From positions 17,236,001 through 17,300,000 of the forward strand of contig JBHGNT010000009.1 of NCBI GenBank assembly GCA_043228905.1: a DNA stretch of 64,000 bases. The letters are read 5' to 3'. The translations under genes and the position numbers were made by a program. Source of the DNA: Azolla caroliniana. Its lineage: Eukaryota > Plantae > Polypodiophyta. Shown one piece after another: positions 36,691 to 48,048 of this stretch. The notes under the pieces are model-generated. The model was not told the DNA's origin and made no database searches. It saw only the letters and a program-made list of their open reading frames with translations. Numbering within the stretch: position 1 is the stretch's first letter; the number at the start of each line of letters is the position of its first letter.

Positions 36691-38653
36691 ATCAATACAA
36701 AAATGCTGAAATGAATTCAAATGGAAGCACATGCTTAGATAAGTGATATTAATCTTGCATTGTAACATGTATACCCCATGCTTGGAATGCAATTTGGACC
36801 AAAACTTTACCTAGAGGCGATTATGTGAGGGAAAAGCTAAACTAAATGAATAGAGGGTTTATGGACAAGCTACTTCTCAGAAACAGGATAGCACCCATTG
36901 ATCTATAGTAACTCTTTCATTGCTAATAGAACGAATTCCTTTGAAAGGCAAAGGATCAAATAGTTTCTTTGTTGACTTTATGAGATCGTTGTTGATATGT
37001 AGTGTGAGCATTTTTAGTGACACATGGAAGAACTTGAAGTAAGACTAAATATATGCTTTTCTTTTCTCAACTCTACAAGAAGGTGATATGCCATTGACAT
37101 GTAGGAGATTGAGTTGGATTTTTTTCATTGAGCCGTTAAATTAAGTAAGGACGCCCAACCTCACCAACTTGCTTTGGCTTATGCATTGATGAATCTGAAT
37201 TAATAGTTGACAAAACTATAAAACAAGAAAACATTGAAGAAGATACCATTGGGAATAACGATTATCACACTTATGAAACGATGTGCTCCTTTTCGTATAT
37301 ACATTAGAAGATGCCCAAAAGTTTGTGTGTTTTAAAAAAGTTTTGCATGCATATGGAGCCTCAATAGCTCCAAATAGAAGTTTATGCTTGTAGAGACTCA
37401 AAATAAAGATAGTCGAGGCCCGAGACTCAAAATAAAGATAAATCATGTAGCATGCCACTTCACAAGGTAGAAATATTTAAATACCTTCTAGTTGAGGTTC
37501 CCTCCAATCATAAATGAAATGAATGTGTAGCTGCTTGGAAGTGAGAAAGAGGGCGTACTATGCATTTGTGCAAGTCATATAGAAGGCATGCACCTATTAT
37601 GTAAATAAGGGATGATATAAAGGGGTGTATAAGTGCATTCTCAATTAAAGTTTCTTAATTCTCATGCACATATTATGTAAAGAAGGGTTGATATAAGGGG
37701 GTGTATAAGTGCATTATCAATTAAAGTTTCTTAATTCTCAGTAGTAGATCTTTATTTTTCAAATTGAATCCTATAATTTGGTTACAAACTTTTCCTAATA
37801 TGCACTCTCAAGCCGATTTGGTATAAAAAATGCATGATTAATCAATATCTTCTTCCTAATGGGTACAATCTCTAGTCATGTGGTATCAAAATGCATGCAA
37901 GAATTGTTAGACTCCTTAATGCATTCTTTCTAGTAATAGGGGACAATAACATTAGAATCTCCCCAAATATCAAATGTAAATATCTTATGGGGAATGAATA
38001 CTTACAAAGATTCTAAAAGCAAAGTGTATCTCATTCTTGTGGAGAAATTGAAAGACCATAAAGGTAGTAGGATAGTTGCTTTGTGAATATTCATAATCTT
38101 TTGACCAAATTCAGAGTAATGAAATGGTGTCAAAAAACATGAAACGAAAGACTCCAAAGAAAGGTGCGCCTTCATCATTTGAGCACCTACAATATTTAAT
38201 GATATTGAATATTTTATTTATTATGCTGAATGTAAAGTGCGCACAACATTAAATATGTCACGATCAAGTGATAACATACTTAATAGTTATCTCACATTGT
38301 AAAATTGTAACTCAATTTATACACTCATTAATTTCGAAATTAACCCAAACGTACTCATCATAAGATTAAGGAAAACTATGGAAAACCTATCTCATGATCA
38401 GTTATGGTTATGCACGTAACAATAATATTGACCTCATGCATTTTAACAAGAAGTATGTTGTGAATACAAAGTCAACTTGGATGTAGTGCCCTTATATGTG
38501 ACATATGAGAGTTGGCTATGTAAAGTGTGCACAACATTAAATATGTCACATTCAAGTGATAATATACTTAATAGGTATCTCACATTGCAAAATTGTAATT
38601 CAATTCATACACTCATTAATTTCGAAATTAACCCAAACGTACTCATCATAAGA

Positions 38654-39559
38654 TTAAGGAAAACATCTAATGGGAAGGGGGAACAACCATTTGGGTACTT
38701 CATACTTCCATAGTATATCCATTCCATTTGTTGCGGCCATCGGTGTAGTACACCATCGCTTTCGAAAATTCAACCTCATTAGTTCTGCAGCATCATTAGT
38801 ACCATCAATCCGCTCATATTGAGCTCTTAGTGTAGTTATTAATGTGTGCCAAATTAGCTTAATCGATTCAGTTGGGGGGTGTTTGTGTCCTTTAAATACC
38901 CTGGTACACCTTGTTGTCCATATAGACCATATAGTAATGGGGGCAAGCAACATCCAAAAATCTCCATGGTTTTGATTCTGTGCACAAGTTGTAGGTACCT
39001 TGTTGTCAGTGATCAGCCGCGCAATGCCATTCTCCCCTCTGTACTTAGCATCGCATGTGCTATCGTATTTTGCCACATCATCCTCAAGACAAATCCAGCA
39101 AACAAATCCCCAGTTGACGGTGAACGAACTAGAGGCATGGCAAAGCAAACATAGTGCCCTTCCCCATACAGCCACTGCCTCGCGACATTCCCATAGACAA
39201 TAGGAAATGCTTTCTTTTTGTCCACAGGCAATACATCTAGGGACTACATTGGGGCCTTTACCCCACGTCCCAATCGGCAAGGCTCTATGTGCAATAAGCC
39301 ATAAACACATCATTATCTTGCAGTCATATCTGTCATGCCATATCATTTTCCAGAATTTATCTAGTCTCATTTCACTAATGCCCTCCTGTATCCAAAATTT
39401 CCTTGATGCAACCTTGTCGTGTTCTTGTTCTAGAATAATTTGCCTCCCAATCTTCGTGTTATACCTGAAAAAATGGACCAGCTTTCCCTCCCTCCCATTA
39501 GATGAACGAGGGGCGTGAAAGACATGGCATGTGGGATAGTGAATGTAGGTGATGTGCAT
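38654..39559 (-). mobile_element. L1-type LINE 3' fragment (zf-RVT region)
   Basis: FWKMIW...MCLWLIAHRALP...CIACGQKESISYCLWEC...IWSIWTTR is the typical zf-RVT / C-terminal region of plant L1 ORF2. Confidence 0.8.
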
Positions 39560-39699
39560 GAAAGGATGGCTAGAGCCATATGTGAAAGTGTAAGATAAAT
39601 AAGCAAGATCTCTTGTGTAGGATAGGATAGTCTTGGCTCCGCCTTCCCGAGAAAGGGATCAAGTTTGTGTATATTTTAATTAAAGGAGTATATTCTTTT

Positions 39700-42600
39700 T
39701 TGGAAAAAAAGAAAAAAGATTAAGGAAAACTTGCAGGCCAAAGGTAATCAATTGGGGGATAACAGAAAGCATATCATTCATTCCTTGCCCCACCCAATCT
39801 CTCAAGACAATAGGCGAAAGATAGACTCTTCGGGTGTCGACATGGATTGTGAAAACCATTTATCTTTTGTAATCTATGATGAAGATACATCTTTAAATAG
39901 AAATCTAACTCGGTTTTGGAAAAGAAAAGTCCTCAGAGTACTAATGATTTTTCTTTTTCGGCAATATCCTTGGTTACAGGGGATACGTCTACACTGGAAA
40001 AGGTGATCCCAGTCCGTTCACACAAATATTCAAGTAAAGATATGATGACAACTAGAAGACAATTACGTGTTGTTGAGGAAGGAAAACATAGAGGTCTTGT
40101 TTTGGCGGAGAAAAGGATAGTGTCATAATGCCTAGTTTATTTATGGATGTTTTGATTATACTCTCATGGAATGTACAAGGATTAGGAGGTGGTTGGTTTA
40201 GATGAATGAGAGGGGCTTTTAGACAGGAATTGACAAAACCCTACGTAAGCATAATAAATGTGCGCATGATTCAAGAGCATCATTTAAGGGAACAACGTCT
40301 CTTAAGATATGGAAATCTTCTCCCTGGGAGGTGGCAACACTTCTAGTTGTCGGCCTTTGGTCCACATGATATTCAGGGGGGGTTTATGTATTGTGGTTTT
40401 ACATATTTGGGCCTCACATGTAATTATGTCAGGATCATTATCTAATAAAAGAGCACAATACATTGTTTTTCAAATAGGAGAGATTAGGTGGGGTTTGCTT
40501 AATCTTTATGCCCCAAATACAGTGGTAGTGAGGTTTCATTTTTTGAGTGGAATTTTATTAGAAATACCCCAACAGATTGATCATTGGGCATTAGTTGGGG
40601 ACTTAAATTAATATGATAGATGATGTGCAAGATAGGCAAGGTGGTAGTTTACGTACCACCTATGGATCAGAACTTAGGGTGTGGGAAAGATTATGTATGT
40701 CACTTTGGTTAGTTGTTATTTGGTCAGATCCTTCCTTTAATAGATTACCGGAATCCTTATATTTTTTAAGATCTGATAAGTGCTTGGCAGGGGTCAACCT
40801 TTCTTGTTTGGATAGGTTTTATGGGGATGATTTTATGTGAAAGATTATGATGTGCAAGATAGGCAAGGTGGTAGTTTACGTACCACCTATGGATCAGAAC
40901 TTAGGGCGTAGGAAAGATTATGTATGTCACTTCCTTTAATATGATAGATGATGTGCAAGATAGGCAAGGTGGTAGTTTACATACCACCTATGGATCAGAA
41001 CTTAGGGTGTGGGAAAGATTATGTATGTCACTTCGGTTGGTTGATCTTTGGTTAGATCCTTCAATAGATTACTGAAATCCATATCTTTTTTAAGATCTGA
41101 TAGGCGCTTGACAGGGGTAAACCTTTCTTGTTTGGATAAGTTTTATGGGGATGATTTTATGTGAAAGATGATGATGTGCAAGATAGGCAAGGTGGTAGTT
41201 TACGTACCACCTATGGATCAGAACTTAGGGCGTGGGAAAGATTATGTATGTCACTTCCTTTAATATGATAGATGATGTGCAAGATAGGCAAGGTGGTAGT
41301 TTACGTACCACCTATGTATCAGAACTTAGGGCGTGCGAAAGATTATATATGTCACTTCGGTTGGTTGATCTTTGGTCAGATCCTTCCTTTAAGCTCAACT
41401 TGGTCTAGTGTGTGAACTCACTTTGAGAGTGAATAGACACTCCAACGGTCAAGAGTCACCATTATGTCACCACTTTGTATTCTAGCATTTAGTATGAGTC
41501 ATAGAATCATATTCTATGACACATAACTTATGAGCTTTCACATTCCCCATGTTCTATGGGTCTTGTAGTTAATGAAGAGAGGGGGTGACTATATAAAGGA
41601 CCCTCCTCCCACCTTGTATAATATTGAGTCTTTCTCGTTTGTTAATATACTTTACTTTGCGTATTCTCTATGTCTCTCTCTCACTCACTCTCTCTCTCTC
41701 TCATACACACACACACAGTTCGCACCTATTCCTCTACACAAGAATCATACCCGATTCTTTACATGGTATCAGAGCGGTTTGGTAGCTCCATCTAGCTCAT
41801 CCGCGTGTGTTGAGTTCTACGCCGACGTTCAAGAAGAACCGGCTCATCGCTATCGTAGCTTCGCTACATAGCTCGCATTCGAAGAGAGAACAAGAAGAAG
41901 AAGAAGAAGAATCGACATAATGAATACTCAAATGGGGAGCGCTCTCCCTACCGAGAAGTTGGATCGAAACAAGTTCGCATCTTGGGAGTACAAGATTTTC
42001 CAATACCTTGTCGGACAAGGCTATTGGAGCTACATCAAAGGAGAGCACGAAGATTGACCCACCGAAGTAGCTCCCGAATACGCGACATGGGAGCAAGCTG
42101 CAAGCTGCGTGATGTATTGCTTGGCGACATGTGTTCACGATCACATGCTTGGCTACATTCGCGAAGCCAAGACGCCGAAGGAGGCATGGGAAAATCTACA
42201 AAAGATTTTCGCGGCGAACACAACCGCAAGAAGGCTTCAACTCCGTCAAGAGTTGAACAACATTCAACAAAGGGACATGTCCATCACGACATACACCTTG
42301 ACGATCAAGGAGCTTTGCGACTTGCTCAGCTTAATAAGCGTAAGTATCGATGATGATGAGAAGAGTGCCGAAAGAAGATGCGCAAATCGGCTTCCACAAG
42401 TCGACAACTCACGAATTACGCGCATAATTCCGACTACGAAGAGTATAGCGGAATGTATGGGCACAACTCCGACTACGAAGATCGTGGCGGAATGTATGCA
42501 CACAACTCCGACCGTGGCGGAAAGTTCATGATGAAACATAGAGCAAACTCTATGTCGGCCTCTACCTCAACTAGTGCCCTCAATCCGGAGGACGTATGGT

Positions 42601-45600
42601 TTGTTGACTCCGGAGCCTCAAACCATATGACATCTGATAAAGAATGGTTTCTCGAACTTCGAGAGTCGGAGCGACCCGGTTATGTCGAAAACGGAGATGA
42701 TATTACACACCTGATTCAGCACATCGGCAATGTTCCATTCAGCGAAAGAGGTAAGCAAACATACATTAAAAATGTCTTGCATGTTCCCACCATCACGAAG
42801 AATTTGGTCTCGGTCGGCCAAATGGTTGAGCAAGGGATGCAAGTACGATTCAACAAACTCAAAGCAATGAAATCGAAAGGAGTCGTCATCGGACTCCTGA
42901 CATTCAAAGAGAAGGAGATTGAAGGTGTATGTGAAGCGTGCCAATTCAGCAAGCAACACCGACACCCATTCCCGAAAGAGCGGAACATGAGCAAAGGTCT
43001 AGTCGACGTAGTCCATTCAGACGTATGGGGTCCGGCTCAGACGGCGACATTCTGCGGAAGCCGATACTTCATGACCTTCATCAACAACTTCACAAGGCAC
43101 ACTTGGATCTATTCGATGCGGCAAAAGATCGAAGTGCTCGAACACTTCCAAAAATTCAAGAATGAAGTCGCGAAAGCCACAGGCCGTCATGTATGATGCC
43201 TTCAATCGGATGGCGGGAAGGAGTACTTCTCGGACAATTTCACGGCGTATCTCCGAGAGGAAGGAATTCGGCGAGAATTCACTTGCCGACACACTTCGCA
43301 ACAAAACAAAGTAGCCGAGCGCAAAAATCGGCACATCCTCGAAGTAGCGCGGGCCATGATGAACAAGAAGCATATGCCCAAGTCATATTGGGCTGAAGTT
43401 GCAAATATGGCCGTCTACTTAATGAACCGGTGAACAACATCCGAAGTGCATGAGGTCACTCTGCAAAAAGATACTTCGGAAAGAAGCCGGACTTATCGCA
43501 CACCCGGATATTCGGCACAATAGCGTACGTGCACATCCCCGACAAGAAGCGTCAAAAGCTTGACCCGAAGTCGGAGAAATGTATCCTCATAGGATACTCA
43601 CTGGAGCAAAAGGGGTACAAGTGCTACAACCCCTCAACTCGAAAATCTCGAGTAAGTCGAGACGTCGTTTTTTATGAGTCTGCATCCTGGTACGCACCAG
43701 AGACAACTTCGACTCCGACTCCGCTCGACCGGAATCCGCCGAACAAGAGATAGAGGGTGAAGATCACCTTACGCGCATGTTCAAAGAAAGTCCAATCATG
43801 ACTCGACTGAGCAGAGACCACAAGAGCCTTTGAGCGATCAAAGCACATCACGGCCTAGCCGAAGATGGACAAAAGCAAGGCGAAAATGTCGGAATACAAA
43901 GACGATCACTTCGACGACGATGAGTCGGCTCACTCACTCGACAGTGAGTTTGGTGGCTTCGATGTACCAACCGGAGCTAAGAAAACCCTCATCTCTGCAA
44001 ATGAAAAACTCTATTGCTCCACCCATGAAAAGAATCCGGTCAGCCGATTCGGCTACAATGACTACATGGCATATCACTCTGCCTTTATGATGAAGGTGGC
44101 GATAGTATGCGAACCGGAAACATTTTCCGAAGCAACCAAGGATCCGCGATGGATCGAAGCCATGAACGAGGAGATGCATGCACTACGCAAGAACGAGACA
44201 TGGGATCTCGTTCCCACCTCACCACACAAAAAGGTGATCGGATGCAGATGGATTTACAAAGTGAAGTACAACACCGACGGTTCCGTTAACCGCTACAAAG
44301 CACGACTCGTGGCGAAAGGCTACGCCCAAACGCACGGAGTTGACTATGAGGAGACCTTTGCCCTGGTGGCAAAGATGACAACGGTACGGACCGTAATTGC
44401 GCTTGCAACGGCGAAAGGGTGGCACCTCTATCAAATGGACGTCAAGAACGCCTTTCTACAAGGCGAATTAGAAGAGGAGGTGTACATGATACAACCACCC
44501 GGCTTCAACTTGAGCACCCATCCAAAAGTTGTATGCTGTCTCAAGAAGCCACTCTACGGCCTCAAGCAAGCACCACGTGCTTGGCATTCGAAGATAACGC
44601 AATATCTTCATCAAATCGGCTTCCGTATGTCAAAATCGGACAACTCCCTCTACATACGAAGCGATTCCGCAAGTCCGATCATCATCATCTTATATGTGGA
44701 CGACGTAGTCATTGGAGGTGAGAATCTCGTTGAAATCAATAAGGTCAAATCCCTCCTTTCCGACAAGTTCGAGATGACAGACATGAAGGAGCTCCACTAC
44801 TTCCTCGGCATCGAGGTAATTCGGACTCTGATTGGAATCATGATCTCTCAACGGCACTACATACTCAACTTGTTATCCAAGTTCGGTATGGCTGAGTGCA
44901 AATCCACGGCAACCCCGCTCAATCGCAATATCAAACTCGATGCGAACTCCGGCACCAAAGCGTGTGAGCCGACTCAGTATCGGGAAGTCATCGGGAGTCT
45001 CATCTATCTCACAATCACTCGACCCGATCTCAGTTATCCGGTCGGTCTCCTTAGCCAATTCATGCAAACACTGCGTGATACTCACTTGGATTGCACTAAG
45101 CGAGTTCTACGATACATGAGTGACACAATGGATTGCGGCATCCTCTACAAGACCGCAGCACAATGCAAGCTGGAGCACGGATTCCGCAACTCCGCATAAA
45201 TGCGAGTCGACACAAGTCGACGCGGACTTCGGAATGCAAGTCGAAGCGGATTTCGGATACCGTTTGAAACCGACCCAACTTGAGCTTGAGGGGGCGTGTT
45301 GAGAATCAAGCTCAACTTGGTCTAGTGTGTGAACTCACCTTGAGAGTGAATAGACACTCCAACGGTCAAGAGTCACCATTATGTCACCACTTTGTATTCT
45401 AGCATTTAGTATGAGTCATAGAATCATATTCTATGCCACATAACTTATGAGCTTTCACATTCCCCATGCTCCATGAGTCTTGTAGTTAATGAAGAGAGAG
45501 GGTGACTATATAATGCACCCTCTTCCCACCTTGTATAATGTTGAGTCTTTCTCCTTTGTTAATATACTTTACTTTGCGTATTCTTTGTGTCTCTCTCTCA

Positions 45601-47318
45601 CTCACTCTCACTCACTCTCTCTCTCTCTCTCATACACACACACAGTTCGCACCTATTCCGCTACACAAGAATCATACCCGATTATTTACAAATAGATTAC
45701 CGGAATCCTTATCTTTTTTAAGATCTGATAGGCGCTTGGCAAGGGTCAACCTTTCTCGTTTGGATAGGTTTTATGGGGATGGTTTTATGTGAACTAAAAG
45801 CGGTCAACTAGGAATTATGCCTGGTTTTTCTTTTTCTGTTCACTCTCCTCTAAAATTAAAATTCTTTTTATCATCAACAAGAAGGACTCGTAGATTTAGA
45901 ATCCCAATTCGCGTTTCTTAGAGAAGATTGTAAATATTGTGTTCAAACTATTTGGTCTCGACATCATTATGATAAGGATGTTGTCTTAACTAACGTGGTA
46001 CATGTCTTAAAGGAAATTCAGGCAGTATTCGGGCATAAGGAGAAATCTGTGTACCTTGATTATGATTCCAAGGTTGGAAAATATAAGCGAGTGTTGAAAG
46101 CATTACAACATTTGCAGCAAAAGTGGCTGCAATCTGTAGATTTAGCCAAGAGAGTTATTGATGCTCGAAAAATGATTGCCGATTTATAATTGCAAAGGTC
46201 AGAGTTTTGGTATCATAAATCCTCTGCAAGATGGATTAGACAGGCTAATACGGTTTGTAAACAGTTCTTTCAACCTCATCGAATTAAATCTCATAAGCTT
46301 CAACTGACAAGCATGAGGCGTTTAGATGGATCTTTTACATCTGATATTGTAGAGATGAGGGATATAGCTTCATCTTTTTATCATAATTTGTTGACTGTAG
46401 TTCCTTTCTCAAGAAATAGTTTGATTAAGAGGGATTATGTTTGGGCTTTGATCTCTAATCAAGTTTCGTCTCAAATTCAGATTGCTTTGCTTACTCCATT
46501 GCAACCTTTAGAAGTTCTGTTAGCAGGTAAGGCGCTATGTAAGGATGTTTGTCCAAGTATTGATGGGATGGGGGTTTCATGGTATATAGAGTATTGGGAT
46601 ATGATTGGTAATGTTTTGACTTCTGCATACCAACAAATTCTTGATCATGGTTATATGCCTGAGGAATGGACATAAAGCCTAATTTATTTGATCCTGAAGG
46701 GGGATGGCCCTTTGCATGATGTTAGAAAATGGAGGCCTATAGCACTACTTAATGTTGTGTATAAGATTTTAACTAAAACAATAGCAAGGAGATTACAAGC
46801 TTTTTTACCTCAACTAATTCATGATTAGCAGACGCGTTTTGTTCAAGAAAGAAGTATCATCTTTGATAACATTTTTTTGTTTTGGGAAATGGTGACTACT
46901 GTAGAGCAACAACAATAGGATTTAGCTATTCTGTTTTTAGATTTTGCGAAGGCTTATGATAGAAGGGATTGGGATTTTAAGGATGGGACATTATTGCATA
47001 TGGGCTTTCCAACACAATGGATTAGGGCGGTGACAGCATTGTATAGGACCACTCATAGTTCTTTTTTGTTTGCAAGTGATGTTAGTGGTAGGTTTTCACT
47101 TTCACGATCAGTAAGACAAGGGTGTCTGCGTGCTCCTTTTTTGTTTAATTTAGTTTCTGAAGCCTTTTCTAATTTTCTTAGGAGTAGGAGTGTGGATATT
47201 CGGGGTATGACCTTACCTATACAAGGATATGCAACCTCCGCTATTGATTCAGAATTTGTTGACGACACCGCTTTATATGTTTCTGCAAATAAAGGGAACT
47301 TGTTGAATCTTCAACAAG
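39700..47318 (+). mobile_element. Decayed L1-type LINE ORF2 (endonuclease plus RT), interrupted by a copia at 41391-45690 and cut by another at 47319
   Basis: Endonuclease motifs ILSWNVQGL, NLYAPN, LVGDLN and LDRFY. RT motifs WRPIALLNVVYKI, LDFAKAYDR, SVRQGCLRAPFLF and FVDD. The 5' boundary is approximate. Confidence 0.9.
41391..45690 (+). mobile_element. Ty1/copia element A, internally deleted; LTRs 41391-41763 and 45297-45690
   Basis: PBS TGGTATCAGAGC (tRNA-iMet) at 41764, gag, protease WFVDSGASNHM, integrase [20 protein letters not shown] / YVDD, and PPT TGAGGGGGCG. RNase H is largely missing. Confidence 0.95.
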
Positions 47319-48048
47319 TGTTATACGGCAAGGAAGACCCGGTGAGAACCGGATGATGCAGGCCCGGTGAGAACCTCTAACCGGATGAAGGGACATATAG
47401 AAATATGTTTTTGAGAGCCCATGGGAGCTATATTTGTAAATAGTCCTAATGTCATATTAGTATAAATATGACCTCGGGCAAACACTTATGTGTATCATGT
47501 AGTTGGTTATTCTTTGTGTTGTTGTTGTAACTATTGTACAGAGTGAGAGAGAGAGAGCGATACAGATTGTGTCTCTGTTGTAACAGCCATCAGCCAAAGA
47601 TTGAGAGCAAGAGGTCATTGCCTCTATGTTCCTCCGTTGTATTCTCTTTACATAGTGATAGTTGGAGTTTGTGGACTCCCGTGGTTTTTCCCATTTAGGG
47701 TTTTTCCACATAAACATATTGTGTACCCTCTCTCTTATTGTTTGTGTGTATGTGCATTTACCTTCATTGCCCATCCTTCTATGTTTGTAATTCTCAACAA
47801 AGTGATTGAAGTCTCGGTTGTGGCCGAGATATATTCCGCACACGCATATTTTGCGTCAATCTGGTATCAGAGCAAACAACACAGGAAATGGAAGAATCGT
47901 TCGGCGGCATGTTCAAGCTCACCGGCTCCAACTACTCAGTGTGGAAGTCGAAGATGAGGGACATGCTCGTGGTCAAAGATCATTGGTTGCCGGTTTAGTT
48001 CGGGGACAAGAGACCCGACAAGATCGACGCCACGGTGTGGGAGGTGAT

